Of a stretch of DNA of 64,000 nucleotides, positions 11,691 to 24,833 are shown one piece after another. Within the stretch, counting starts at the first letter, position 1. Each line of letters starts with the position of its first letter. The notes under the pieces were generated by a model. The model searched no databases, had not been told where the DNA came from, and saw only the letters and a list, made by a program, of their open reading frames with translations. A program made the translations under genes and the position numbers. This stretch comes from Mobula hypostoma (lineage: Eukaryota), in contig NC_086115.1 in NCBI RefSeq assembly GCF_963921235.1, positions 21,268,001 through 21,332,000 of the forward strand, given 5' to 3'.

Positions 11691-12820
11691 GATCATGGAA
11701 ATAGGGGCACAGACACAGTGGATGGAGATTAATCCAGACAGGTGTGAGGTGTTGATTTTTGGGAGATTAAATGCAAAATGAAAGTTTACAGTAAATTTCA
11801 GGATCCTTGGGAGCATTGATTTACAGAGACAAATCCACAGCTCCTCGACAGCGGGTGTGTGCTGTGGGGGGTGGGTGGGGGGGGGGAGACCAGGTACGAC
11901 AGCAATGTTTAAGAGGCATTTAGTCAGGAATGGAGAGATGCAGATCATGTGCAAACAGATGGGATTAGTTTAGAGCAACATTATGGTTGGCACAGACATC
12001 ATGGGCCAAAGACCCTGTCACTGTGGTGCATTACTCTATGTTCAAAGTCATTGATACACCTCATGAATAGCATTGACCTTAGAATCGATTTCTGTGTTAC
12101 TTAATTAGTCACTAATTGTCACCTAGAAAATGAGCCTACTTCCTACACTCCCTTTTGCGCCTGGGACCAATTCATGCCAGAACATTATCCCCAATCCCAT
12201 GGGCTTTAATTTTGCACACTGACCTTATGGAAAGCTTTCAAGAAGTCCAGGTACATCATACCCACTGGTTCTTTTATTTATTCTACCAGTTAAAAAATGC
12301 CACTATATTCATCATATTTTCAATTATGATTTTCCTTTCATAAATTCATGTTGACTTTATCCAGTTCCATTAAGGATTTTCAAGTATTCCTTTACTATTA
12401 CTTCGCTGGACAATAAATTTTTTCGGAAGTGTTACTTCCTCAGAATTTTTTTCTTTTTGTTTATGATCGACCACTTGAAGCTGAACACAAATATAATTTC
12501 AGGTGACTTGTATCACATAGGAATTTAAAGAAACAAGAAATTACCTCTTATTGAATATAATTGCATATGGTGCTGATAGTTCAAATATGCTAAAGATGTT
12601 GGTGATTTTCATTTGTACTCAGTGCCTGAGGCTTCTCACGTAAGTGCCCAACAATAATCAGCCAGTATTGATGGATTCCAGTCGTTCTGATACTGTTTCT
12701 CCATGATCACAATGTCCTGGTGAAACCTTTCACCATGCTCATCACTGATAGCACCAAGATGTGCGGAGAAGAAATCAAAATGGGACTGCAGAAAATGAAT
12801 CTTAGTGACATGTTGCCTTT

Positions 12821-12963
12821 TCCTTCAGTTAGTCCTGACGAAGAGTCTCGGCCTGAAACGTCGACTGCACCTCTTCCTATAGATGCTGCTTGGCCTGCTA
12901 CGTTCACCAGCAACTTTGATGTATGTTGCTTGAATTTCCAGCATCTGCAGAATTCCTGTTGTT
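12821..12963 (+). mobile_element. Short hammerhead-bearing Penelope pLTR insertion (core boxes intact, stem II weakened)
   Basis: AGTCCTGACGAAGAGTCTCGGCCTGAAACGTCGACTG, then near identity to 2760-2828 and to the reverse complement of 367-395. Confidence 0.85.
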
Positions 12964-13731
12964 GCACTTCATGCTTCTGTATGCTTGAAGCTCGTTGTCA
13001 ACCAGCCTCACATACTGTAGTTTGGTGCTCTGCAGCTGCCAAGAAAAATTTCAACAACAACCTTGAATGCTTTCCATACGATATTCTCCGGTCCCACTAG
13101 AAGTTCTTTGAATTGCCTATCATTGATGATTTGTTTGATTTGTGGACCCAAAAAATGCCCCCCTTAATCTTGGCATCAGTTATTCTGACTTCAATTATGA
13201 ATTGAAATAACAAATTTAGGCAATTTCAAAAAAATGGTGCGTGATAGGGAAATTTCATGATCAGCAGCCCAAAATCCATAAGATACACCCAAAAGTATTC
13301 AGGAAGCAAAATGTTTGTTGTGCAGTGTTTTTATAAGAGATGCTGGCATTTTCTTCAGTACTGATGTTTTCCTGTTTTTGTTATTTCTGTCCTTTTGTTT
13401 AACAAACTAATAGCAGGGTTACTTTAGCTACTTCCCACCTCTAGGAACTGCTCTAGTGTCCAAAGAAATTTGGAAGATGACCACGACTATTTCTAGATCT
13501 GCTTGCAATGGTCTCTGAGATATAGATCGTCAGGCCATGGGGATTTGTCAGCTTTTACTCTATAAATTTCCTGAGTATTATTTATATAACTTTACCGATT
13601 TTTTTTCCAGTTCTTCCCTTTTATTAGGTCTTTCGTTCCCTAACGTACCTGGAAGGTTATTTGAATCTTTCTTTGTGAAGATAGGACATTTTAATCTTCA
13701 TTAACTTCTCTCTTCACACTTTTCATACACA

Positions 13732-14277
13732 TGTAACGCCCCCCCCCTTCCCTGGCTTGCTGCTCACGTTTGTCTAGGGGAATCGGTTTTCGGCCCCGCC
13801 AAACCAGGTATTCAAGTTTGGGTGGATGCTGTGTAATGTACTCCCGTTCACAAACCCCCAATACAAAATATCCGACAGTATACCATATACAATCAAATGA
13901 TAAGCTTTATGAATCTTATTCTGAATATAGGGTTAGTATGAAAATAAACAAACAAAAATAAAAGGACACAAAGTTAAAGTCTCAATATACGTTGGAGCTC
14001 ACTCAGCAGGTATTCCTCCACAAATGACCTCTGCCGAAACGTCGCCGACCCTCAGACCCTCGGATTCCAGTATACGCCATCCGGTGGTCTCCCAGCACTC
14101 TCCATGCGTGTCCTTCCTCTTCACTCTCCTCGACTGAAAACCCCGGCTCCCAGGCATGCAAGAACAAATAACATTTCTCCCATTGGATAGCCACCCATTA
14201 TCAGTAGTTATAACCCAAACATTGCTGCTGCAGAGAAACCATTACCTCATCAGTTAACATTACAGAGAAACTCTACA
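13732..14277. mobile_element. Probable solo LTR
   Basis: TGTA...TACA termini with 4-bp CACA direct repeat (13728-13731, 14278-14281); interrupts an old CR1-like sequence. Confidence 0.6.
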
Positions 14278-16749
14278 CACATTTTTGCAATCAGATGTTA
14301 TATTTATTTTCCTTCTTTGATTAATTCTAATCTGTTCTGAATCCTTGGGTCCATTGCTTTTTTTCTAGCAAGTTTATTTCTCTTTGAATACGCTATCAGT
14401 TGTATATTTAATATTTCATTAGTATTTGAGTAATATTGTAAATATATTTTTTGATTGAGCATTTTTTTTTGTTTAAATAATGCATTGTGGGTTACGTGTA
14501 AAAGTACATAAATGGCATACATCATTACGCCTCCACATTGTACATGCACAGCTCACTTAAAGTAAAAGTGAAACAAAGATATTTTATTCCTGGCTCCATG
14601 TTTTTGCTTTCAATTAGTTTATAAAACAAAACATAACATACAAGACGTTTACCTATCTGTTGAAGTACAGCAAGACGTTCGAGTTAAAAAAGGCACAACG
14701 AGAAATGGTCACATTTTTTAAAATTGCAGTTTGAATTCTTTTTTTCTTCGCAAGAGGAGAAACTTATTTGAGTTAAAAAAGGCAAAAAATGGAAGAATTC
14801 AGGAGTTCATAAACCATGAGTACCAAGTGATAAGAAATATAAATTTAAAAAAGAGCAGAAACTGCTGGTTATATTGGAAAGATAGACACATTTGATTGCA
14901 CAAGAGATAACTGGAGTATGTATACTGAGTGAATTGAGATGTATTTTGAAGCAAATGAAATAGACAATGAGAAGCGAGTGCCAGTTTTGCTGAGTGCATT
15001 GTTTTAAGTGCATACAGTTTGCTTAGAAGTTTGACTGCTCCAACCAAACCAGATGAAATGAGCTTTGCTGATATAGTGAAAGTAATGCAGGAATATTACA
15101 ACTGAAACCATTGTCGATTACAGAATGCTTTACGTTTCATAAGCAGAATCAAAGTGGGGGGGGGGGTTCCATTTCAGCATATGTGGCTGAATTGAAGAAG
15201 TTGTCTGTGAATTGAGAGTTCAGTGATGGGATTAATGATTCTCTGAGAGATTGTCTAGTTTGTGGAATCTTACAAGAAAACATTCAGAAAGGATTCCTAA
15301 CTGAAGCACAACTTACATTTAAAAGAGCAGTTGAAATAGCTGTATCAATGGAAACAGCAGACAGACACAATTGAGTTGCAGTCAGGAATGAAAATGAGAA
15401 TGAACAAAATTGTGGCATCTAGATTGAGGTCTGCCTGGCTGAATAAATTGTGTTACTATTATAGTAGGGGCTCAACTACACCGGGCCAATGCAGGTTCAA
15501 AGGTGAAACATGAGAAAATGCAATGAAGTAGGACATATACAAAGAGTATGTTGGGCAGACAAAAATAAATGGATTGCACAGGGAAGAAAAAAGACAGTCA
15601 AGTTGCAGTTTCAAGAAGAGCACTAATCAACCTGATGTTGATGAAAAATCTGATAACAATGAGAGTGACTGGGTAGCCTTGAAATTTACATTGTGAAAAC
15701 TAACAAGAGACAAGCAATGTGGCTGTTTCAGTCACTCCACAAAATGAGTTTGAATGGCATTTCAAAGATACTAAACTGAAGCCTACAGATATCCAATTAA
15801 GAACTTACACTGGAGAAAAGTTAATTCCTGTGCGAATGACATTTATAACTGAAATAAAACAGCCAACAAGCCATGTTGGGCTGTTATAAAAACAGGAGGG
15901 CCCATGCTATGGGGATGTAAGTGCCTGAGACAACTACATCTTGGTTAGAGATCAATCCATCATTTGCATACCACATTCCCTGCAATAGAGTCACTGTTCA
16001 GGGTTGACATGGAAAATCTCAAACATATCAAGGGTAAAATAGTGTTAAATGAAAATGCCATACCCAAGTTTTGTAAATCCCATTCAGTTTTTTATACTAT
16101 CCATGCTGAAGTAGCCAATGAACCAGATCACATGGAAACTGAAGGAAGTCTTTCCGAGGTTGAGTGGAGCTTGTGGACAATGCCAGTGGTCCTAGTAGCC
16201 AAAATGAATGGGTCTGCAAGGAGCTGTGGTGATTTTAAGTTCACCATCAACCCAATACTGAAAGTAGATTAATATCCTCAAAGATAGATGATATCTTTGC
16301 AAACCTTTCTGGAAGAAAACATTTCAGCTAAATGGACTTAGCTGAGGCTTACCAATAGATGGAGATGAAAGAAGAGTCCAAAGTGTTTCTCACCCTAATC
16401 ACCCACAAAGGGCTTTATTGCAATAATAGGCTTATTTTTGGAATAGCATTTGCACCAGCACTCAAACTGACAGCCATGGACCATGTACTGCATGGCTGTC
16501 TGGGCACACAGTGTTTCCTGGATGACATCATTGTTACCAGTAAGACTGACAAGGAACTTCTTAAGATAATATTAAAAAGATTAGAAGATTATGAGCTCAG
16601 ACCACAGCCCAACAAGTGTGAATTCAAAATTTGAAGGCAGCGTTAAAAAGATTAAAAGATTATGGGCTCAGAACACAACCCAACAAGTGTGAATTCTTTA
16701 AGACAAACATCACTTATTGCATCACACCATTGACGCACAAGTATTACAC

Positions 16750-17057
16750 GTGGGCACGTGGCCAAGTGGTTAAGGCACTAGACTAACGACCTGAAGGTCG
16801 TGAGTTTAAGCCCCAGACGAGGCAACATGTTGTGTCCTTGAGCAAGGCACTTAACCACACAGTGCTCTGCGACGACACTGGTGCCAAGCTGTATCGGCCC
16901 TTGCCCTTCCCTTGGACAACATCGGTGTCATGGAGGGGAGACTTGCAGCATGGGCAATTGCTGGTCTTCCATTCAACCTTGCCCAGGCCTGTACCCTGGA
17001 GAGTGAAGACTTTCCAGGCGCAGGTCCATGGTCTCGCAAGACTAACAGATGCCTTAA
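16750..17057 (+). mobile_element. tRNA-derived SINE with CORE-like segment, inserted into Gypsy pol
   Basis: A box TGGCCAAGTGG (16759), B-box-like GTTTAAGCC (~16804), GTGTCCTTGAGCAAGGCACTTAACC (16832-16856); 7-bp TSD ATTACAC (16743-16749, 17058-17064). Confidence 0.8.
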
Positions 17058-17439
17058 ATTACACAAGTGTGCTGAGAAAATTCAATCAGTAGTGGATGCC
17101 ACAAGGCTAAAGGACATGTTGCAGTTGCAGTCCTTTTTAGGATTTGTCAATTACTATAACAGGTTCTTGCCAGACCTGGCTACTGTGCTTCAATTCTTGA
17201 ACTCACTACTACAGATGAGGAAGACATGGTAATGGACAAAGCAATATGAGGTGGTTTTCAAAAAGGTAAAAGAAATGGTGGCATCAGACACTGGACTCAT
17301 ACATTATGATCCTTACGTCCAGAAGAAAGGTATTAAGAGCTACACTTCCTGCAGTCCCATAGCCACCACGAAGGAAGCCCCAGGATCTGAGATAGTTTCA
17401 CAGCAACAAGTATCACCTGCCTAGCAGAGGAAAGACATA

Positions 17440-17915
17440 AAAGTTCAAAGTTCAAAGTAAATTTATCACCAAAATACAAATATGTCACCATATACATCCT
17501 TGAGATTCAATTTCTTGCAGGCATACTCAATAAATCGACAGAATGATAATCATAACAGGATCAATAGAAGACCGCGCCAACTTGGGCATACAACCAATGT
17601 GCCAAAGAGAACAAACTGTGCAAGTGCAAAAAGAAATAAATAAATAAGCAATAATTATTGAGAATACGGGATGAAGAATCCTTGAAAGTGAGTCCATTGA
17701 CTGTGGGAGCATTTTAGTGATGTGGCAAGTGAAGTTGAGTAAAGTTATTCCCTTTGGTTCAAGACCCTGATGGTTGAGGGGTAGTGACTATTCCTGAATC
17801 TGGTGGTGTGAGTCCTGAGTCTCCTGTACATTCTTCCTGATGGCAGCAGCAGGAAGAGAGCATGTGCTGGGTGGTGGAGCTCCCTGATGGTGGATGCTGC
17901 TTTCCTGCGACAGCC
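17440..17915 (-). mobile_element. Rex1-like LINE 3' fragment nested in the Gypsy element
   Basis: Minus-strand (CTTTGAA)n tail at 17440-17460; homologous to 6780-7190 and 30835-31290. Confidence 0.75.
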
Positions 17916-18799
17916 TCCACAGTGATTAAATCTTTAGGCCTGAATGGGACAATTTAAAATTTACTATGCTGTGAATGTCTGTATAGTAGTTGTATTATGC
18001 AGTATACTGTATATATAGTATATGTTGTGTGCATGTATAATGTGTATGTGTTCAAAAGTTGAGATACATTCTATATTGAATTGGAGTTTATAGCTAAGCA
18101 TGAGGGAGTGTTGTGTATTTAATATTTCATTAATATTTAAGTAATATTGTAAATATATTGTTTGATTAAACATTCTTTGTTGTTTACATCATCCATTGCA
18201 GGTTATATGTTAAAGTACGTAAATAGCATATGTCATTATGCCACCAGGTCATATGTGCACAACTTACTTAAAGTAAAATTGAAACTAAGATACATCATTC
18301 CCAGCTCCCATGTTTATGCTTTCAATTAGTTTAAAGTTTTGGAGTTACAAAACACTATCCTTTCATTTCCTTTGTACATTAGTGCTAAACCACCTTTCCT
18401 GACTTATTTTCATACAGCAGGATTGTTGTGACTTGTATGTTTATTCTCTAAATATTATCTGTTGTCAGTCCACCATCATCGAATTTAATTCCTCACTTCA
18501 TCTTATGCACACTAACCTCTAGTATGAACCTTGTGAATAGCTTTCAAGAAGTCCAAATACATCATGTCATCCAGTGGGAAGAGAGGGTTGGGCAGCTCAT
18601 CTTTCAGATTTGGCTTATACTGTCACAGCACAGAAACAGGCCCTTTGGCCCATCTAGTCTGAGTCAAACTACTGTACTGCCTAGCCCTATTGTGTTCACT
18701 AACAAAACTGTTTTTAAATAGAAAAAAAAAATTTTTGCTTAGAATTAAGTTGAACGGTAATCGCATTAAAGATTAAAAGACTTATTTTCTTAATACAAG

Positions 18800-18944
18800 G
18801 ATCAAGGAGTGTGGCGGTTTCATTGACTGGAGTTTAGCCACCAACCCTTATGTGAATGGTCGATTGGCCATGACCCGTAGCATTGGGGATGTGGATCTCA
18901 AGCCATACGGAGTAACTGCTGAGCCGGAAGTTAAAACTGTGGAG
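18800..18944 (+). CDS. PPM1K-like: PPM1K-like coding exon (145 bp)
   Basis: aag| and |gtaaaa; [48 protein letters not shown]; phase matches the previous exon (AG|G = Arg). Confidence 0.95.
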
Positions 18945-19045
18945 GTAAAATGTCTGAGCCTCACGTGTGATCTCTTGCACATTTCTTATCCAAATGATTC
19001 ATAACTATAGCATTTACCTATGGCTTTGGTCTACACCTTTACTAG

Positions 19046-19180
19046 TTGGAACATACGAAAGATTGTTTCCTGGTCCTGACTACTGACGGAGTTAGTGCAA
19101 TTATGGAGCCCCAAGAGGTGTGTGATGTTGTAAAAAAATGCCAGGATCCATCAGAAGCTGCAGCCGTTATTAATGAGCAG
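19046..19180 (+). CDS. PPM1K-like: PPM1K-like coding exon (135 bp) ending at a GC donor
   Basis: ctag| and CAG|gcaagg; LEHTKDCFLVLTTDGVSAIMEPQEVCDVVKKCQDPSEAAAVINEQ with the metal-binding DG. Confidence 0.93.
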
Positions 19181-19814
19181 GCAAGGACAGATGTTTGATT
19201 AAAACTCTTGGTTCTGCATGAGCAGCTTGTTTTAACGCTCCTGTGCTGTTGGCAATGACCTTTTATCATAAATCATCTAGCTCTTATGCGATCAGAATCA
19301 GATTTATTTTTATTGATTTATATGACGTGAAATTTGTTATGTAGCAGAGTAAGTGCAAAGACATAAAATTACTATAAATTACAAACAAAAATCAATGGTG
19401 CAGAAAAAAGAATGATGACTTAGTGTCCATGTGTTTATAGACCATTCACAAATCTAGTGGTGGAGAGGAAGAAGCTGCTTATGAGTCATTGAGTGTGGGT
19501 TTTCAGTACCTTTTCCTCAAAGGGAGTAGCAAGAAGAGGGCATGACCCAGATGCTGAGGGTCCTTAATGATGCCTCAGGGAGATGTGCTCGATGATGGGG
19601 AGAGTTCTACCTACGTTGAGCTGGATGAATCCACAACCCTCTGCAGTCACATGCATCCCGCGCCTTGGAGATTCCATACCAGCCTGCTCTTCACTGCACA
19701 TTATAACATCAACAGAGATTTATAAGTATTTGTTGATGTACCAAATTGGAATTACGATTTGTAAATACATCTTAATGTATGATAACCAGTTCCCGAACCA
19801 TTTTACCTTGGTTC

Positions 19815-20995
19815 ATAACACAAGAACACAAGAAACTAGGAGCAGGGGTAGGCTGTTGTACTTTTCGAGCCTTCCCTGTTATCTAATCAGATCATAGCTG
19901 ACCTATGCTGGTTTCAACTCATTTTTCTACCCCTTTATTCCTTGATATCAAATGCTAATCCACCTCCACTTTAACAAATTCTAATGATGCTCTGACCGAG
20001 AATTCCAGAAATTCATCATCCCTTGTAAGAGGAAATTTCTATGTATATCAGTTTTAAATGACTAGTCCATTTTTTTTTACTATGACCCCCCTATTCTTTA
20101 CTCCCCCTCAGAAAGAAAACATCCTATACGCCACTCTATTCGGCCTCTTTAGGGCCCTATATGTTTGAGTAAGATCACATTTCATTCTTCTAAAATCCAA
20201 AGAATGCAATCACAAACTACTTAATCTCTCTTGATAGACAACCCTGTCACCTCAGAAATTAGCCCAGTGAATCTTTTTCACATTACCTCCAATGTTAATA
20301 TTATCTTCTTTTAGGTAGGGGACTAAAACTGAATGCAGGTGAGGCCTATCCAACACTCTTGTAAGAAAACTTCTCAGTTTTTAAAATCCACCTGCTTTGC
20401 AATGCAACACTGTTTGCCTTCTTAACTTGTTGGATATGCCTACTAGTGCTTTGTGAGATCCCTTGTTCTTCACTCATTTTCAGTCTCCCACCATTTAGAT
20501 GACAATCCTCCTTATTTCTTTTACCAAAGTGTCTGTCATGGTCAGTTAAACCAAGACAGGACTTATTCAATAACTGGTAGAGAATGTTGTAAATCAGAGA
20601 GACGGGGGGAACAGGAACATAGTTTTCTGAAAGTGGTAACAGGTAGACAGGATGGTACGGAAGGCATCTGGCATTCTTGGCTTCATCAGTCATAGCACTG
20701 AGTCCCGGAGTTGGCATATCATTGTTCAGCAGGAGAAGTCTTTGGTGTGACTACACTTGGAGGATTGTGTGAAGATCTGGTCACCCAACGATAGGAGAGA
20801 TGTCATTAAGTTAGAAAGGATGTAGAAAATATTAACAAGGATGTTACTGGGATAGTAGAGGTGGGTGCAGATGGGAGGTTGGTATCATTAAAAGTCACTT
20901 GGATAGGTACATGAATAGGAAAGGTTAGAGTGACATACGCCAAACATAAGTATATGACTTAGGTTGGCATGGGTGATGGGTCAACGGGCTGTACA
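19815..20995. mobile_element. Two old CR1 3' fragments in opposite orientation (~19815-20510 minus, ~20530-20995 plus)
   Basis: CR1-type tail and HLNGGRL remnant on minus; plus-strand remnant of ..HLEDCVKIWSP..DVIKLERM.. Confidence 0.6.
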
Positions 20996-21163
20996 ACTGA
21001 CTCACCAATCACTTACCTAGTTACTGCAGTCAGCTGACTCAACTGTTTCCATTTCATTTACTGAAAACTGCTGCATGTTCCACTGGATCCTCTCCCCTTG
21101 CCTACCATTGCTGCAGAGTGTAGTTTGCATCTTAGTTAAGTGCCATTTCTCACTGTTATTTGG

Positions 21164-24100
21164 CATAGGCGGCCTTAAGCATCTGGGGGCCCATTTCAAG
21201 AGTTAATATGGGGCCCTACCCCCGCTTCCCAAAAAAAAGAAAGAAAAAAAGCGAATATTCAAGTTGGTTTGCATTAATAATGGTATAATTTCAGACTTAA
21301 GCGTTGATGCATTATATGCACTTTCAGCATAATGGACAGACAGCTTGACATAATCCAAACAATTCTCTTAATTAGAAACTGAAACAATGACATTTTTTGT
21401 TTTGGAGTGAGAAGCCTCGCCCTTTTCAGCAACTGGTCTGCACTGAATGGCACTATGTGTTAGGTATCAGCTGACATAAGAACAGCTTAAACAATTTCCC
21501 TCTAATTAAATTAATAACAAAAGCAATGTCATATTTAATGAAAATTCACACTTTATTTATTCAATGAACAGTGTCTGAAAGTTAACTACTGGAAGTTTAC
21601 AACAAACTGCGTCTCGCGCTCTTTCAGCACCATGGACAGCTCACGTAAGGCCTGGAGAGTGAACAGGAGGCGAGTGAGAGAGGAGGGGATACAAGCGGGA
21701 GAGAGAAATTACGATTTGTGGAAACGCCGCCTAATTACCTATACACATTTTGAGTGAAATACTTGGTTTATTTTACTATTTTAATCATAAATTTATTTCC
21801 TCTAAAAATGTGTTAAAAGACTTACCACTAGAACTTCTCCACCCTCATGTGCTTGAGTGCTGAGAATGCTTTAATGAGCTCATCTTTGTCCAGCGATCTT
21901 GTTGTTTCATGCTCAATTGATATCTGAGCAAGAGCTGACAGACGCTCCTGGAGCATGGTTGTCCTCAGATGCGTTTTGATGAACTTTAGCCTGAAAAACT
22001 TCTCTCTCCACTCGCTACAGTCACAGGCACTGTCAGCATGAGTCTTAGAGCAATGGTGAGGTTAGGATACAGTTCAACCAGATTGTTGCTGTAAATGTAG
22101 CTCAGAATCTGCAGGCCAGTGGGTTCTTTTGCAGGCACGGCACTGACAGCAGCCGACACCTCGCACAAAAGGTCCTCAGCATCCACATCACCGAGTGTCC
22201 TCTCCATGCTTACACAGCTGTCTTTCAGTGTGCGACTTTGGGTGGCTTTTTTCATTTCCTCTCTTCCATAAATGAAGCCAAACGGACTGTAAAATAAATC
22301 CATCAGCTTGAAGCGCTCACTAATGCCTGTGATGGCAGAGTCCACTAGTGGAAGGAAAACTTCTCTCTTGTACCGTTCCTCGGGTGCCACTGTCAGGGAA
22401 GGATCTGCACTTTGGGACTCGTACTGTAACTGGCATTTTGGTTTCCTGATTCATGCAGTAGGAAAGACCATTGGCATCCCTATCTCTTCAGCTATGTCTC
22501 TGGCATCTGTTTGGGCAGATGAAAGGCCATTCTCTCTGTATTCCTTGAGAAATTTCAGAACATATTCTACCTCGCGCTGTAACACATCGATTCCCACTTG
22601 TGGGCTGTGGAGCAGCTTGCTGACACGATTCACCTCATGTAAAACATTGTACCAGATGATAACAGTCAGCAGGAATTTCCATGACATGATCTCCTGTTCT
22701 AGGCCTCTGGATGCAGATGTGGTTTCACTGTCACCCTTCTGTGTGGCATGTTCAATCAGTGACAGGAGCGCATTGCCAACATCGGGAAGCTGGTAGCACA
22801 GGACTTTCACACTTTCCACGCAGCACTCCCATCGCGTGTTGGATATGGCCTCGAGGGTCATCTGTGACACATTCTCCTTGAAAAGCTCCCATCTCTGTGT
22901 CAATGAGCTGAACAGTGTGTATAGACGTTGCAGCACCCCAAAGAAGCTCACAGACTCCACTGCTGATTTTGCAGCATCAACAATGACTAGGTTTAGGCTG
23001 TGGCGGGCGCATGGAATGAACAGTGTTTTTTTGTTAATATTTAGCACCCTCTTCTGCACCCCGCTATTTTTCCCCTGCATATTGCTCCCGTTATCATATG
23101 CCTGCCCCCTGCATTTTGAGATATCTAATCTAACTTCTCCATATGCATTAAGAAAACGTCGGTTAGCCCTGCTCCTGTTGTGTCAAGCACTGGTAGGAAA
23201 TCGACAAAATGCTCACCAGCAGTAGCTCCGACATTTACTTGGCATGTGACAATACACAGTGTCACAGAGAGCTGCTGTATGTGTGCAGCGTCAGTGGTGC
23301 AGTCTATTATTACCGAGTAGTAACATGATTGTTTTACTCTCTCTGTTATCGCTTCCAGTGTCTTGTCTCCAATAAGTGTGATTAACTCATTTTGTATGGT
23401 TTTCCCCATGTAGTGGTCAGCGATCTCTTATTTCTCTGCTCGTCTAACATGTTCGCTCATCACTGGGTCGAACTCGGCAAGCAGCTCCACCAGACCTAGA
23501 AAGTTCCCATTATTTGGTTAATGTAGGGTGAAATTGTGGCCACGGAAAGCAAGGTTTCGTTTTGCAAGGTGACAGACTATGGCAATGAACCTCTTCATGA
23601 CATCATTCCAGTGTTTTTTTTCCAGCATTTGCATTTCTTGGTATGTGCTTTCATTGGCACTGTGCGTTCTTAAGCGCGTTTCCAGCTCGCACCAGCTATC
23701 CATGTTGGCACGGTGCGCATTTGACTTCTCATGATCCTGGAGTGTGAGAGTGAGTCGCTCCCACACTCTGAAACCCCGCAAGTGAGACTGTGATTTCGCT
23801 TGCCAAAAAGGGTACAGCAGAAACAGAAGATTGAATCAGATGATTCTGAGTACACTAACCATGACCTATGAATGGTTTCTCCATTTTTCATCTTCGTAAA
23901 ATATCTGTCCTTAGTAAAACGATGGCGTGATTGGCTTGGTGGAACTGAATGGGACCTCTCCTAACAATGTCGATCCGTTGGTCACTGGTAATATGCGTTG
24001 GCCAACATGCCGGATCGGTCTCTGTAAATGTTAGTGGGGCTTTCTCTCTGTCTGGTGGGCTGGTGGCGGCATCTCCCTCACCTGTCTCAGTTGTAGGACT

Positions 24101-24648
24101 GTCATCATGCTGTGGTGCTTGTTCATCAAACAAAGTTTGGTCATCATTATCACCATCTGTTTGAGTAGAATTGTTCTTCTCATTTTCATTGCTCTGATTA
24201 TCAACATCTCCTGTACCGCTTACACTGTCACTTGGCACTGCAGCCCCGTGCTGTGACGATGGTGCAGCAGCAACTGCAGTCGGCGGACCTTTTACAGATG
24301 CTGGACCAAAGGAAGATGTTAACTTTTGGGAGACTATTCAGACGTTTTGTTTTGTTGTCTAATATTTTCCGTTTTTCAGCACCACGAGGATAGGAGGGTT
24401 TCATTTTCCTCTCATTGAAAAGTAGCCTTCTTTGCTAGGAGCAATGTTTACAAGTGAAGTAAATAATTTAATGTGTTTTCTCAGATGTCAGTCAGCGAGC
24501 GCCCACTGGTGGTTCAGCTGGCAATAGCAGGAGAATATTGTGGCATCTGGGAGCTGTGCATTAAATTTTTGCATGTCAGTCGGGGGCCTCTGGGAGGGTG
24601 GGGCCCATTTCAGTGGAAACGGGTAAAACATAGCTAAGGCCGCCTATG
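21164..24648 (-). mobile_element. hAT DNA transposon (ZMYM1-like / TTF-zinc-finger type transposase), full length but frameshifted
   Basis: Perfect 14-bp TIR CATAGGCGGCCTTA / TAAGGCCGCCTATG; perfect 8-bp TSD TTATTTGG (21156-21163, 24649-24656). Confidence 0.95.
21828..24404 (-). pseudogene. Disrupted hAT transposase
   Basis: MKPSYPRGAEKRK start; RSWLVYS..FCFCCTLF; NLAFRGH; IQNELI; YSVIIDCTTD; PCARHSLNL; TRW; LTVPVTVASGERSFS dimerisation motif; split over several frames. Confidence 0.9.
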
Positions 24649-24833
24649 TTATTTGGCATTGTTTTGTCTACTTGTTGACCTTCTACATTTATAATGGCAT
24701 TTCGCTTTATCAATAACTAAGCTTTTCCCCAGCTTACGCATGTTGCCTGAGCCTCCAAGAGGTTAATATTTTTGAGGCTAATATTTTTTAGTCCAGTTAA
24801 AATTATTTTTAAAATTTTTAATGTAACTTCCAG

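Larger units (their letters stand above)
14398..18354 (+). mobile_element. Gypsy/Ty3 LTR retrotransposon, decayed, integrase region largely deleted
   Basis: LTRs ~14398-14638 and 18109-18354; 5-bp TSD CTATC (14393-14397, 18355-18359); purine tract GAGGGAG before the 3' LTR; gag YFEANEI..VLLS; RT CGDFKFTINP, THKGLY..RLIFGI, FLDDIIV, LQSFLGFVNYY. Confidence 0.9.

Noticed and set aside
16750..16822. Possible tRNA gene
   Set aside because: Degenerate B box, continues into a SINE body and is flanked by a TSD
21828..24404. Domesticated ZMYM1-like host gene
   Set aside because: Multiple frameshifts and stops plus intact TIRs/TSD indicate an ordinary transposon copy
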